The notes under the pieces were generated by a model. That model was given only the letters and a program-made list of their open reading frames with translations. It had not been told where the DNA came from and ran no database searches. A stretch of 63,849 nucleotides of DNA, filler included, from Saprolegnia diclina VS20 (lineage: Eukaryota), in assembly GCF_000281045.1 (NCBI RefSeq). It is 8 parts of 3 records of this genome, joined end to end, with 100 filler letters (N's around TTAATTAATTAA, not from the genome) between each part and the next. Parts side by side here need not be neighbours in the genome. Positions count along the whole stretch, not along the records: positions 1 to 16,670 come from NW_008246099.1; 7 more parts are not named here. The stretch is one strand, 5' to 3'. A program made the position numbers and the translations under genes. Of the stretch, positions 1 to 13,400 are shown in pieces; the stretch's first letter is position 1; the number at the start of each line of letters is the position of its first letter.

Positions 1-7
1 TCTGTAG

Positions 8-1746
8 ATGATGTCGACATGTCGACGGTCGTCAAGGCCAAGGATGGCAAGCTCAAGGTCGGCAAGAAGACGTGGACGCTCAACCCATCGTGGACCGCCG
101 TCGATGGCTCGTACCGCATCGGCTCCAAGCGCGCATACGAGCTTTTTCCCGCGCCGCTCGTCAAGCGCCTCAAAGCCGAGGCCAAAGACGCCTTTCTCAC
201 ATTGCACCGGGTGGCCGTCGACGTTGTCCAAGCCAAGTTGGTGGCGTGGGAGACGTCCGAGCGTACGGTCGACGTGCGCCGTGACCTACTGGCACAGCTC
301 TCGATCCTCGACGAATCGGCCAAGAGCTTTGACGACATGGGGCCTGTGTACGACTGCATCCTCTTTTTTGACGGGAGCGAGTGGCGGGCGGCGATCGACG
401 ACTCGGGCAACTGCGACTTTGGCGCGATCGAAGCCATCGGCGTCTATCACAAGCGGTGCGAGTTTCGCTGTTTTAGCGACGCCTCCCAGCTGCACTACGC
501 CTTTAACGTCTACGACAACGGCGACGTCCTTAGCATCGTCTGTGACGCCGGGTCGCACGGCACGCACGTCGCGTCGATCGCGGCCGGTCACGACCCAGAA
601 AACGCAGCCAACAATGGAATTGCGCCCGGCGCGCAGCTCGTATCGATCAAGATTGGCGACACACGCATGGGGTCGGCCGAGACGGGCACTGCCATCTCGC
701 GCGGTATCCTCGCGGTCCTCCAGCACAAGTGCGACGTCGTCAACATGAGCTACGGCGAACACGTCGTACATCCCAACCACAGCCGATCCGTCGACCTCAT
801 CAACGAGCTCGTCCACGACCACGGCGTCACGTTTGTAGGCAGCGTGGGCAACGACGGCCCGGCGCTCGGGACGATCAAAGGTCCGTGCGGGCTCTCATCC
901 AGCGTACTCGGTGTCGGCGCGTACGTTTCACGGGACATGATGTCCAATGTCCACAGCTTGTGCCCGCCGTTCGCCGAGTCGACGTTGTATACGTGGTCGT
1001 CGCGCGGCCCGTCGTTAGACGGCGACAATGGCATCTCGGTCGTCGCACCCGGTGGTGCGATCACGTCAGTGTCCCATTGGACACTGAGCAAGCAGCAGCT
1101 CAAGAACGGAACGTCGATGGCCGCGCCGCACTGCGCGGGCGTCCTCGCGCTTCTCATCAGCGGTCTCAAGGCGCAGCAGATTCCATACCACCCGTACAGT
1201 CTCCGACACGCTCTCGAAGCGACAGCGACGCCATTGCCGGGTGTCGGGGCCCAAGAGCAAGGCTGCGGCTTGGTCAACACGCCAGGAGCGTTTGACCACG
1301 CGGTGCGTCATGGCCCTCGCCTTTCTGGGCAACCGTGGTTCCTGGACGTGCGCGTGACGTCGCCAGGACGACCGACGGCGCGGGGCATCTGCCTCCGCGA
1401 GCCGTTCGAGGTGACGCCGGCGCGTGTCGAGCGGACGATCAAAGTGACACCAGTCTTTCCAAAGGCGGCGCCAAACACCGATCGGGTCGCGTATGCAAAA
1501 ACGTTGCGTCTGGTCGCGACGCAGCCGTGGGTGCGCGTGCCGTCGATGCTGACGCTGTGCAACGACGGCCGGTCGTTTGTCGTCTCGATCGAAATCGAGC
1601 ACGTGGCGACGAACTTTGACGCGCAGATTCTGGCGTTTGAGACGCCATCGATCGACGAACCCTGTGCTACAGTGTCTAAATCGCCGGACGAAAAGAAATC
1701 GACTAAAATTTTCCATTCTGACTGGAAAGAACGAGTTGAGCGTTGA
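8..1746 (+). CDS. TPP2: Tripeptidyl-peptidase II-like S8 serine protease; 5' part upstream of the window, C-terminally truncated
   Basis: ORF 19..1746 has DAGSHGTHVASIAAG (catalytic His), GIAPGAQLVSIKIGD, YTWSSRGP and NGTSMAAPH (catalytic Ser), plus the TPPII-type insert. It starts at DVDMSTVV after an acceptor-like 'tgtag', so earlier exons lie upstream. Confidence 0.9.
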
Positions 1747-2143
1747 GCGTCTCACCCGCAGGTCTCTCGACACTGGTCCAACCGATGGCAAATGCGCCGA
1801 GATTTTGTTGGGCGGAGCGACTTGGCCTCTCCGTTTCGAGGTGACAATAGCATAGACCGACGTCTTCCGCCTCGTGTCGGGGTTCGTGAGCTTGTGACGC
1901 GTACACGGCAGCGACTCGGTACCGCTAACATCGTCCTTCGCCACGTCATTCTCATGCGTCCTGGGACTGGTGTCGGAGTGCGACGACGGCGTGTGGAGAA
2001 GCGGCCACGTATTCACTTGATGTATGTATGGTGCGTTAAACGGCGTTAAACCGCTGCACTGGATAGCTCGCACTATCCGGATACGGGTATCCGACACCCC
2101 CATCGCTTCTTCGGTTCCACAGATCTTGAACTCGGTATAGGCG

Positions 2144-3254
2144 ATGGCGACGAACAAGGCGACGGCGACGCCCTCCGGCTCCAAGCCGATCGCGATCTCG
2201 ATGAACAACCCGATCTTGGCGGCCGCGCCGCCCAACCCCAACGGTACCGCTAACCTCTCCATGGCCACCAGGCTCATCGCATCACAGGCGGTATGAACAT
2301 GGCCATGGCACCGGCGCCGTCGGCGGCGATTGTGGCCGCCGCCGCCGCCGCGCTTTCGAGCCAGCACGCGCAGCAACAGCAGCAGCTCAAGCGCATGGGC
2401 ATCGGCATGGGGCTTGGCATGGGCATGCCCGGCGGCACGGCCGGCCTCAACGCCATCCAGACCATGAACACGCTCAACAACATGAACGTCGCTGCGATGC
2501 AGCTGCAGATGAACCAGCACCAGCAGCGCATCAACGTCGCGTCGGCCAACGCGCAGCGCGCCTTCAAGCCCACGAACGTCAACGTCAACTCGGCCGTGGC
2601 AGTCGCCGTGGCGTCGGCCTCGAACGTCCCGGTGCCCGTGGTGCCAGTCAACACTGCGGGCGCCGGCGCTCTCAACCTCTCGGGGACCTGGGACCTGGAC
2701 CGCGAAGCGTCCGACTCGACCAACGACTATCTCGAAGCCATGGTACACGCTGCGATGTGCCATCTCGTTCTCAGTTGTCGATTAGGGCCTTCCGCTCATT
2801 GCCCGCCAAGCCGCCGACAAGCTGGATTTGACGGTCATCATTCTGCAGACGCCCGGCGAGTTTACCATCACACGGCGAACGCGCATCTTCCTCGAGACCA
2901 AGGTGCTCAAGTTTGGCCAAGACGTCATCATCAAGACCAACACGGTACGACGCCTCCATTCTTTGCCCGTTCAGTTCTTATTGGGCGTGGCACTAGATCA
3001 AGGTGATTGGTGAGCCGACAGCGATCAAGACGATCACGCATCTCTCGGGCTTCCGGGGCGTACTGACCGACATCCGCACGCTGGACGAGCTGGGTCGCAT
3101 GAAGGTCGAGCTGACGCTGACGCTGCCCGACAAGGACAAGCCCAACGTGGTGATCACGCGCTACTTCAAGAAGCTCTCGGACTCGACGTCGCTCGACAAC
3201 CTTCCACCGTTCGAGCCCTTCCCGGACCCGCCGTCCGAGAAGCGCAAGCGATAA
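2144..3254 (+). CDS. Spliced protein with Q/M/N/A-rich low-complexity N-terminus and a C-terminal FABP/calycin-like beta-barrel domain
   Basis: ATG at 2144; intron 2244-2287 (GT..AG) joins in frame to ORF 2293. LSGTWDLDREASDSTNDYLEAM..GLPLIARQAA and the terminal VVITRYFKK resemble the FABP GxW/helix-turn-helix start and final strand. Later exons lie in ORFs 2828 and 3003. Confidence 0.65.
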
Positions 3255-3396
3255 ACTTACAAAGGCAATGCGGACAATGGTGTACAAAGTCCGTCCGTCG
3301 TCGACCCCGTCATCGCTCTCGTAGCAACAATTCACATGTATCCAGACAGTAGTAGACAGTACAAGCAAGCTCAGTTGATGACAAGGTGCGCCCGAG

Positions 3397-5057
3397 TTAA
3401 ACGTCTTTGGCGGTCGGGCAAAAGAGGTCGAGCTGCACCTCGAACGCTTCGAAGCGCATGCGGGCATAGTCGAGGAAATCAAAGTCGATCGTCGAGTTGC
3501 CGGCTTGGACAATGGCCCAGAGACCCCAAAACATGTGGGCGGCGAGCGCGTAGACGTTGCCAAACTCGTGGAGATGGCCGAGGAACACGTCGAGGGAGCC
3601 GTCGCGCGTGAGCGACTGCAAAAGCGCTGGCGCGGCCGTCGAGAGGTACGCCTTGTAGAAGATAAACTAATTTGTCGACTGAGTTGACATCTTGATACAC
3701 GATAGAAAAACGAGAAGAAATTGTACCTGCTTGTCCTTGGACGGGTAGTCGTTGAGGTTCATGTCAAAGCCGCAGTGCTCGCAAAAGTGGTTGCCAAAGT
3801 CAAAGCCGCGGTAGTTGTACCCGCCGTACTCGTAGTCGATGATCTGGACGCGGCCCCACGCGGGGTTGTAGAGAATGTTGCCACTAGATAATACAAGTGC
3901 AATCTCAAAAAGGGCAATCTCAAAGTGCAATCTCAAATCACAAACCTCAGCAGATCGTTGTGGCTAAACACCGAGTCGTGCAAGAAGCTGTACGCGAGCT
4001 TGGCCGTCGCCGACCCGCGAAAGGTCTCGAGGAGGCTCTTGCCGTCGTTGTTCTTGTGCGACGGCAGCACCGACTGCAGCCAGCGCACACGCTGCTTGAT
4101 CGTCTAGGCGTCCATTGTACGACTGCACGCAGAGAACCTGCTCGTGCCTACCTGGTGCAGCTCAAGGCGCTCGAGCGCATCGCGCTTGACCGGATCGTCA
4201 AACGTAATGTCGGCTGCGAGGTCTTCAAACTGCTGGATCTTCTACTCACAAGCATGAGCGACGACGAAGGGGCATGCATTGTCGGTATACAGTCCAGAGG
4301 CACGCACGCGTGTCCATGTCGATCTCCATCGCATGCATCTTGCCGAGCTCCTTGGGGATGAGCGAGAGCAGGTCGAAGGGCGACGTCTCGCCCATTTGGT
4401 GCGGCTCGAGCGCCGTGCCGTCGACCCAGCCTTCGACGCGACCGTTCGTGAAGCGGCCAAAGTACGTGGGCGCAAAGCCGCGGCGCGAGAGCTCGGCAAA
4501 GTTTTCTAGTCGATCCGATAAGAGACGATGCGATCTTAGCGTCGTACCGTTGTCAATGTTGCGGTCGATAAAGACCTCCGTGTGCTCGCCATACAGGCGG
4601 ACCAGCACGCAGAGGTCCTTCCAGAGAAGGCGGTAGAGGCGGTTTGTAATCCCGCCGCAGATGATCTTGACGGTAATGTCATCAGGCTGCGCATCCTTCC
4701 AGCGCGGGCAAATGTGCTTGACGACGTGCTTGCAGTCGTCGAACTCAAAGTGCTCGCCGCGACCGCCGACCGTAAAGTCGTAGACGGTCTTCGAGTTGTT
4801 GAGGTACATGGACTCTACAAGGCCGTACGAATATGAGCGCGATGCCACATCCTGGCGCATGAACCTGGCTTGGCGGGCGGCGTTGTCTTGCAGGTCATTG
4901 GCGTCTTGATGGCAGGCAGGGCGCGGGTACGGGGGGCAGGAGGCGCGGAGGCGGACGAAGCGGCGAGGAGGCGGTAGGTGGCGTAGGCGCAGACACACGT
5001 GGAGACGACGAGTACGAGTACGTCGAGCGTCAAAGGGGATTGACTGGTCTTGTCCAT
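3397..5057 (-). CDS. Choline/ethanolamine kinase (multi-exon)
   Basis: Motifs GGITNRLYR, LVRLYG, FTNGRVEGW, FSHNDLL|SGNIL (Brenner motif), IIDYEYGGYNYRGFDFGNHFCE and HMFWGLWAIVQ..IDFDFLDYA. The N-terminus has a hydrophobic segment. Confidence 0.92.
3899..3937. repeat. Three copies of GCAATCTCAAA within a choline-kinase intron
   Basis: Copies at 3899-3909, 3914-3924 and 3927-3937. Confidence 0.8.
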
Positions 5058-5329
5058 AAAAGGCAACTAAGCCGCTACGAACTTACTCTTTCGTCCTCAA
5101 ACGAGGCGCGAAATTAGGACCGCCGACGTGCGCTCGCCAGGTGGCACAGAATCAAGCCAATGAAAATGCCAACCACCCAACCACCTGGCGCTGCCGGCCG
5201 ATGCATAGACACTGCCGTTGGAGATGGATCGGTCGCATCGAAGGGCTCCACGTCACGTCCGAGCTGCGAGCGTACGTCGCGCGCTCTGGGTGGTGGAAAG
5301 CCAACGTTCAGAGTAGCCAGGTGCGGATG

Positions 5330-8202
5330 CGTCGACATTGCCCTTTCCGGCCTCAAAGATCGCGGCCACTGCAACGCGCTTCTTCGTTGACGTCGTCTTC
5401 TTCCGCCGACCAGACTCAGACGCCAAGGTTCTTTATTCCTGCACGAGGTTGAGGTGTTGCGTCCTACGAGTCCTCCGCGAGCGACGCTAGGATATACTGC
5501 GCAAATAGAAAGGCCACGAGCCACAGCGCCGCGGCAAGGCCCGCGTAGAGGACGCAGAGACGCGAATGCTCGGCGAGGCGGCGCTCCAGGCGGACGCGCA
5601 GCTGGTCGGCGTCCAGGGCGTTGCCGTCGGCGTCGACAAAGCCCACGAACGGGTACCGCCCGGCGCTGAGCGCGCGCCAGAGCCAGAACGCGACCGCCTT
5701 CATGAAGCAGAGGTGCGCACCGTTGAGGAGGACGAACGTGACCACCGAGACCCACGCGACCGAGATCATTTCGAGGAGCGAGCGCTCGAGCGCGCACACG
5801 TGGGCCTTGCCGTCGCCGCTCGCAAAGCGGCGGACCACGGCGGCGCAAGCGCCTTGAACGCGGCGGCGTGTCGCATTGTAGGCCGGGCACGTGTACGTCT
5901 GGAGCGACGTGAGTGCAGCGATGGCCTCGGGCGACACGGCGCAATCCGCGCTGGTGTCGTTTGGCGGCAGGCACTTGCGCAGCTGCGTCACGAGCGCATG
6001 CAGCTGGGCGTACTCGCGATACCGCAACGAGGTGTTGGCTAGTACAATGGAAGCCCTTCTCGTACAGGTCTAGTTGTACCTTGGTGGCCCATGTTGGCAC
6101 GCACAATGCTCAGCTGACTGGCCGCACACGAGTTGTCATGCAGCGACTGCAGCGTCGACACGCCCTACGCAGCAGCAGTCATGAGCTTCCTCTGTACTTC
6201 TAGAAGGGTGAGACCGCAGATGCGTGAAGAGCGCCATTGGCCGTCATGGACGAGCTTGCAAAGCTGACGACAATGTTGCCCAGCCAGTTGGGCGACGGGT
6301 CGGACATCGTGGCGAGTCCACACGCCTCGCTGTGCATGCGATTCAACGGGATGACGATGAGCACGGTCATCGCCGTGAGCACAATCCTGCAAACCTCTTC
6401 GGGTTGGAGTGCTGGGTAGATTGTGATACCCGAGAAGGACGGCGACGAAGAACGGCCAGAGACGGAGTCGGCAGACGCTCGAGAGCACATCCATGATCGA
6501 GTGGCGGCAGCGGAGGACGTTGAGCCAGTCCGCCTACGCACCTTGTAGCGGCCGCTTGTACGTGCGATACGTACAGTGGTTTGGAGACGAGATGTGTTTT
6601 GGTTGTCAATCTACAGCGTGTATGACGTCCTATTCGAGCGCAAGGAGGTACCTCGGGGATGTCGGTGAACGCGTCCTGCGCAATCATAACGGTCACGAGC
6701 ACGCAGAGCGCGAGGCGAACGAGCAAGTCGAGCGGCAGCGACGTCGCGACCACGTTGCCTTGGACGTCGACCCCGTACGCACCTTGCGGATCGTTGTCCG
6801 GTGCATCGGCGTCGGTCGCCATCGTCGTCGGGACCACCGTGCTGGACGCATTCCTGAATGAAATAAGGATTTTATCAATGTATCAAGTACACGAGTTTGC
6901 ACCATTCCGGATACGTGTCGACGACGGTGCCACCTCGCTGCTCCAGCAGCGCGTCGCGCAGCGTCCAGTTGCTAAAGGTCGCTCGGTGCAACGTCGAGGC
7001 GTTGGGGGAAGTATACCGTGCGACCTGCGATGCCAAGGCTGCGCTGGTACCATCAACGCGGTCCATGGCGTTGCCAAGACCAGCGACGAACGCGCGTGCG
7101 TCGGCTTGCGTTGCCTCTTGCGCATTTGCAACAGCTGCAATCGAGCGGTTCATCACAGCGCCAAAGAGAAGGAGCTGCGTCATGGATGTCTCTAGGTCCA
7201 GCGCAATGCGAAGGGGTGGGAGTGTGATCCCGACTGCGGCCAGCGCCGGCTTGGCCTTGGCGAGAACGGCTTCAATCGCGGCTGCAGAGGCCTTGACGCC
7301 TTGGAGCGAGCTGAGAACGCCATGAATATCAGCCGTGTCGCTGGTCGCTGTCGACCACTGACTCTGGAGCGTGAGAACGGCCGCGTGGGCTGCGTCCGCG
7401 TTGGCCTGGAGCGACGACGCACCGGTCGAAACGACGTCGCGAAGCGCCTGCGCGTCTGCGTGGACGGCATCTTGGTATGCTGTGAGCGTTCGGTTCAGCG
7501 CTGTGGCGTCGGCTTGGGCTTGGGCGTTGGGGAAGCGAAGGAAAATGCGACTGGTCGTCGGTGGCTGCGAGAGCGAATAGGCGTTCTGGAGCGTCTCAAG
7601 GGCCAGTTGGTCATCGGGCGAGCAGAGTACAGTGCTTGACGACGATACAAGCAATGTGGTTTGCAGCTCGGCGAGCGTTGCTTTGCCTATCCGCAGTCGT
7701 CAGTTGTCATATCGCCGTAGAATCGAGCATAATGAGTCATACAGGCCAAGGTGGCATTCGCCAAAGCGACGATCGCCACCTCGTCGGCCACTGCGATACT
7801 CGCGACAACGTCTTGCTCGTGGCTCCATGTCGTGACAAGCGCGAGCATCTCGTGGGCGAGCGCGTCTTGGATGCAGTCGTCGTACGCTGTTTCATGGGCG
7901 TGGAGCACGGCGATGGCACGTGCGAGCGAGAAGGGCGTCGACGTCGATCGATGGACGGCGTTGGCGACCCAGCCGCAAGCGATCGACGAGCTCAAGAAGG
8001 TTGAAAGGCAGAAGAGGACGACGTACAGGACCTTCTTTGTCAGCTGGGTATGGACCCAGTGCCATCGCGGCGACGGCGTGGCCGCCGAGGATGGTGACGG
8101 CGCTTCTTTGGGCGTCCGACACTCGATGGCCGGCGCCATGTCGACCTCGCTGCGGCCTTCCTTCTCGGTGAGGATAGGTTCGATGCTCGGGCGCTGGAAC
8201 AT
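5330..8202 (-). CDS. Hypothetical multi-exon membrane protein with helical/coiled-coil luminal region
   Basis: Successive minus-strand ORFs (7687-8304, 6875-7654, 6367-6837, 6165-6541, 5464-6027) separated by intron-like segments, with several hydrophobic spans. No family recognised, and it may be more than one gene. Confidence 0.5.
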
Positions 8203-8542
8203 GCTGGCGATGGAGGATGCTGGACGCGGACAAAGCTCGAATGCCACGAAGATCGTGCAACTTGACGCTGGAAACGCACGTGATTGGCCAAAATGCAAAG
8301 CCATATCACACGGTGATTGGTTTGTCCGTCGACAGTGCAGATAAAAACACCCAACCGTTGATGTGTCGCCGCCTTCTGCCCGTGGAGGCTACCCGCCCAA
8401 CGCTGATCGCTCCTGCGTCAGGTGGGATATCTCAACGCCATAAACTCGAGTACCTTTGTTTTGTCGTGCCGTCGACATGATTTGCGGCGAGCAAGGACGG
8501 TGAAATGCAAAAAGTGGGTGTTTTAAGCCTGACGTGGCACGC

Positions 8543-9833
8543 TCAGCGCACGTATTTCTCTTCCATGTCGCCGATGCGGTCGGACTGCAGGTCTGAGTCC
8601 TTGAGGATACCACCCGCGGGCTTGTCGCTAAAGACGTAGCCATTCGACTTGTCGATGGTCTGCGTCACGCGCTGGAGGCTCTCGACGTCCTCGATCTGGA
8701 GCGGCACAAAGCTCACGAGGCTAAAGTCCTCGATCACCTCGATGAGCACTTCGTTCATACGGCGAAACTTCTCGCGGAGCTTTTGCTTGCACTGGACGGC
8801 GTGCGGAAGGTCGATTGCTGGAAGGGCATACGGGTCGTCGTCGTCTTCGTGGAGTTCGCCAAACTCTTGGGCTTCAAGGCGGTCCAGGAGGTAGCGCAGA
8901 TCCAATACATCCGTGTAAAACTCGAGGTTGAACGCTGATTTCCAGGAAAATTAGTCGGCAAATAAGCAAATACGGTGGACGCACCAAGGTTGCCGTACTG
9001 CTGGATCAGGTCCATCTTGGAAAGCACGTTGATGTGCGGCAGCTCGAGGCGCACCATGGACGAGAGACTGAGCAGCACGACCGAAATGAACTTGGAGCTG
9101 TCCGTGCAGTGGTGCGCGTCGACAAGGTGCACGACCGATATCTACAGAGCGCGTCACGTCCAATTAGCGTACTTTGCAGGTTCGTGTACCCGGTAATGCA
9201 GTTTCTGGAGCTTCTGGAGAATGTTGTGCACGCTGATTTCGTGCGTGTACAGCTCGACTTGGCCGGGAAAGTCGAACAAAATGTACTTTTCTATCGCGAA
9301 TTGTGGTCGTGAAATCTGGTCGTAACAAGAAATGTCGACATGGTCTGTACCTTGCAGCCGCCCAAGGCGCTCCGCCAGCCACTCAAAGTGCTCGTCAATG
9401 TAGTTCATGCAATAGACCAAGCCTACACAACCACCGTAATGAGCACGAAGGCTGCATTGACCATAGCACGTACCGCCGTTCGGGCCGAGGTTGAGTTCGT
9501 CCATGACGTTTTCGAGGCAGACGAGCTCCATGATGTCAATGTCGGCTACATATGTACAGCACATCCTGGTCGTCAAGGAGAGCGTCGTCATTCAGAGTCC
9601 AGAAGAAGATGCATGCACAAGGCAAAGGCTGGCGAAGGAAAGGATATGGTAGTTGCTCGTTTGCGGGGTCCATGTTGACGACTGCGACGTCGCGCCCGGC
9701 CGCCTGGAGGTACTGCTGCATGCCATTGCAGTACGTGGTCTTGCCGCTGCCTACGCCATCGAGCTTGCAGCTCCTTCTGCCACGTGGTCGCGCGCGTACC
9801 TGGCGGTCCCAAGATGACTTGACCAAAGGGCAT
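8543..9833 (-). CDS. GPN2: GPN-loop GTPase 2 (multi-exon)
   Basis: [36 protein letters not shown] (GPN loop), [12 protein letters not shown] and [13 protein letters not shown]; the N-terminus is GPN2-like. Confidence 0.9.
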
Positions 9834-10406
9834 TGCCGCCGTCGAATTCGTTTGGACCTGCCGAAATCAGTTGGCACACGCCCGCAACCGGATAATATCC
9901 GGATAGCAAACCTGTCACAATGCATATTTCCTGTGGGACTGGATATTTGCACAATTTGTCCATGGGCGGCTTACATCTGTGTCCTTCGAGTATTGCGTCC
10001 TGCGGGTCCCTCAGAACTACACAAACGCAAGCAATATTTCTTTTCAAATAAGCCATCAATGTAGTTTTTGCGGTTATGAAGATGACTGGTGTCGGCATCG
10101 TGAAATAGGAAGTCAGAGAAGATAATCAATGCTAAGTAAGGTTTACTTTGTCTACAGCCCAAGCGCAAACATAGACTAGACAACGATACCGCTACATGTG
10201 CTACAAGACGCTAAGAAACGTCGCGCCCAACGGCTGACGCGGTTCATATCTCCATTACACTATTCCACGTGGCACAAGTAGACTAATAACAGTTGCGCCC
10301 TTTGGTACGAGAGAGTAGGACGTACAACAACAATATGCACGCAATAAGATACTTTTACAGGTTAAACGCGAGGTCGAATTGACTTCATCGCCACCGCACT
10401 GTCGCG

Positions 10407-13400
10407 TTAAAAGCCGTCAAACCAGGACGACGCGTCGTTGTACGGTTCAAGCACGAGCGGCGCGGCAGCGTCAAACACCTGCGCCGCTTTTTGGCGAATC
10501 TGCTGGACGTGCGGCGCGTTCTGGACGCCGGCTGCGACGTGCACCCAGTCGACCGACGCAAACCACGGGTGGCTCCGGATGACGGACCCGCCCGTGTTGA
10601 TGTCGATCATGCCTTGGCAGCCAAGGCGTTCGTATGGACTCTGGTTAAGAATCTGGAAGAGGAGGTCCGTCACCTCTTTCGAGCGATCTTCCGTGCCGGG
10701 AAAGACGAGGTCCTTGCGGTCGTAGCGTGAGATTTTTGAGTAGACAGCGAGCACGACGTCCTTGTCGTTCTCCAAGTCGTCGCATGCGAACGGTGTGATA
10801 CCGTAGAGCATCTCATAGATGAGAATGCCGAGGCCCCAAATATCGACGCCAAAGCTGTGGCCTTGCGCCGACACCATTTCGGGCGCCGTATACTCGGCTG
10901 TGCCGCACAGTGTGTACGTACGGAGATCGTCGATTTGCTTGGCATACCTAATCCAAGATGTTATATATATGGACGCAAAAATCCATATCTTGTGCAAATG
11001 CGTACCGAAAATCGTGCAGCTGGACGTAGCCGTTGTCGTCGAGCATGATGTTTTCCGGGTTCATGTTGCGGTACACGATCCCAACATCGTGAAGCGTCTC
11101 GAGACCAATGAGCAGCTGCGCCGCGTACTGCCGAATCACGTCTTCCGAGAATTTGGTTTCCGCGTCGAGCATCAAGCCGGCAATGTCGCAGACCATGTTG
11201 GAGTTGAACGCCATGTAGAGGCCGTTGGCGTCGGTCCACGTGCCCATGCACACGGGGACTGTCGCAACCGAGATGGGTCGCTTCATGCTCTTGTGGATCG
11301 CGGCTTCGCGCATGACCTCTTCGATCTTGTTGTTGGCTTTGGTCTGTCGCTTGGAGACGACGCGAACCGTGAGCCGGACCTTGCTCGTCGTCTCAAACGT
11401 GGTGAGGGTCCCGACCTAGATTTCAATAAAATTTTAATGAAAAATCCCAGAAATCGACAAACAACCTCGCTCGTCTGCGCGACGCACTTGAAACTGAGCT
11501 GGCCACGCGCCACGTCGTTCTTGACCGAGCTCGCCTCGGGGTTGTGCTCGCGGAGGTTGCTCACGGCAATTTGAAAGTTGTGTTTGGCCTCGCGCTGCGC
11601 GCGGTCGTTGTCAATGATCTTTTGGAGCGGCCCGAGAATCTCCTCAAAGGCCTGGCGCCCGATCTGGAGCAATTTCGTGCGACCGACGCTAATGACGTTG
11701 GCGGCGCGCGGGGCGTCGTTGAGGAGCGCGCGCTCGCCAAAGTACTGGTGCTGGCGCAGTCGTAGCACTTCGCGGCTCGTGCGCTCCGTCGTACCGGGTG
11801 CGACGTCCCAAACCGTGCAGAGGCACGCACCTTCCTTGATGACAAAAAATGTGTTGCCGATCGTGCCTTGGTTGATGATGTAATCGCCGTCTTCAAACGT
11901 GATTTCGGTCAAGTTGGTCGCGAGTCGCTCGAGTTGCGTCGTCGTGAGCGACTTGAGCACATCGACCTTCTTGAGCGTCTGGACGATAACGTTGGTCGGT
12001 GACTTCATAAAGACGAGTCGGAACGCGCGGCAGTCGATGGCCCACAAGACACCTTTTGTGAGCGCGATCACTGACGACGACCGCGGCGCATTGTGCATGA
12101 GCGCGAGTTCGCCAAACGACGGATGCGTGTCACCGCGGTAGACGTGGACAATGTCTTCGCGAATGCCATTGGGCGTCTCGTTCTTGACCGTGACCTATTT
12201 GTGTCGTTGAAAAATTGATATTTTGGATGGTTTTGTATCGCACTTGAAAGTCGCCGCTCTGAACGCAGTAGAAGCGGTCGCCTGGGTCGCCTTGGCGAAT
12301 GACCACGTCGGTTTCGTTGACTGTGACCTTTTCCATGACCTTGTACACGTCGTTGCGTTGCTGTGCCGTGAGCTGCTTGAAGAGCCAATTGGCCTGAGTG
12401 ATCTCCTGGATTTTGTCCATTTCTTGCTTGGATTTGAGAATCACGTGGTCGTTCATCTTGTAGTTGAGGTCTTCTTCGGTCACCATCTTGGCCATGTCCT
12501 TCTTCATCTGGTCGCGCCGCTTCTGCTTGGACATACCGCGCCGCACCGGGCGCAACTCGGCGACACGGTCGTTGAGCATGTTGGTCGTGATGAGATCGTT
12601 GTTCTTTTGGCTCTGGAGCCGCTCCTTATTCGTCTCGTTGCCGTGGCTCGACGCCGTGTGATCCAAGTAAATGCACACGATCGTAATGTCGTCCGTTCGG
12701 AGCTCGTAGTGCAACCAGAGGCGGTACGACTCAGTCACGACCTTCTCGCACGCCTCCAGCGGGTCCGAGTACGCCTTGATGATGTCGACAACCGCTTGGT
12801 TGGTCAAAAACTCAAAGACGCCGTCGCTCGCAATGATGATGTACCGGTCCGACGGCGTGAGCTGGAGCGACGCAATCTCGGGCGTCGCAAAGACACCGAG
12901 GCTCTCGGCAATCTCATCGCCAATCGAACGCGTGAACGCCGTGCCCGGAAAGTTGCCCGTTGGCGACCACACGCGGGGCGGGTCGCCATCTTCGTCGACC
13001 TCTTCGTTGATGGCCGTTGCCCAGTTCTACCACCAACCAACATTCAATCCAAGCAAATGATGCGTTCGATCAAGGGACCTCGTGGATCGGTGCAATGCCT
13101 TCCAGCTGGTCCATCGTCAATACACGAGCGCCATATCGCTTGACGCGCTCGCGTTCGTCCTAAAAAGCGACGATAGCACCACGAAAGCTCACAAAATATC
13201 ACAAAATATCACGAAATAACACGAAAATTTCGTCGAAAGTGAGAAAAAAACACAAAGAATAGAGAGCATGCGTCGTACCGTGCGGTACGGCGTCTGATCG
13301 ACCGACAAGGGCGAGGCCACAATGCGTGGCTGGTCGTTGCGCGCAATCACAGCGCGCGAATCGCCGACGTTGGCCACGTGGATGATGTCGCCGTCCATAA

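Noticed and set aside
6905..6913. TTCCGGATA motif
   Set aside because: It lies inside a probable coding exon (YPE codons on the minus strand), so it was not counted as a promoter site.
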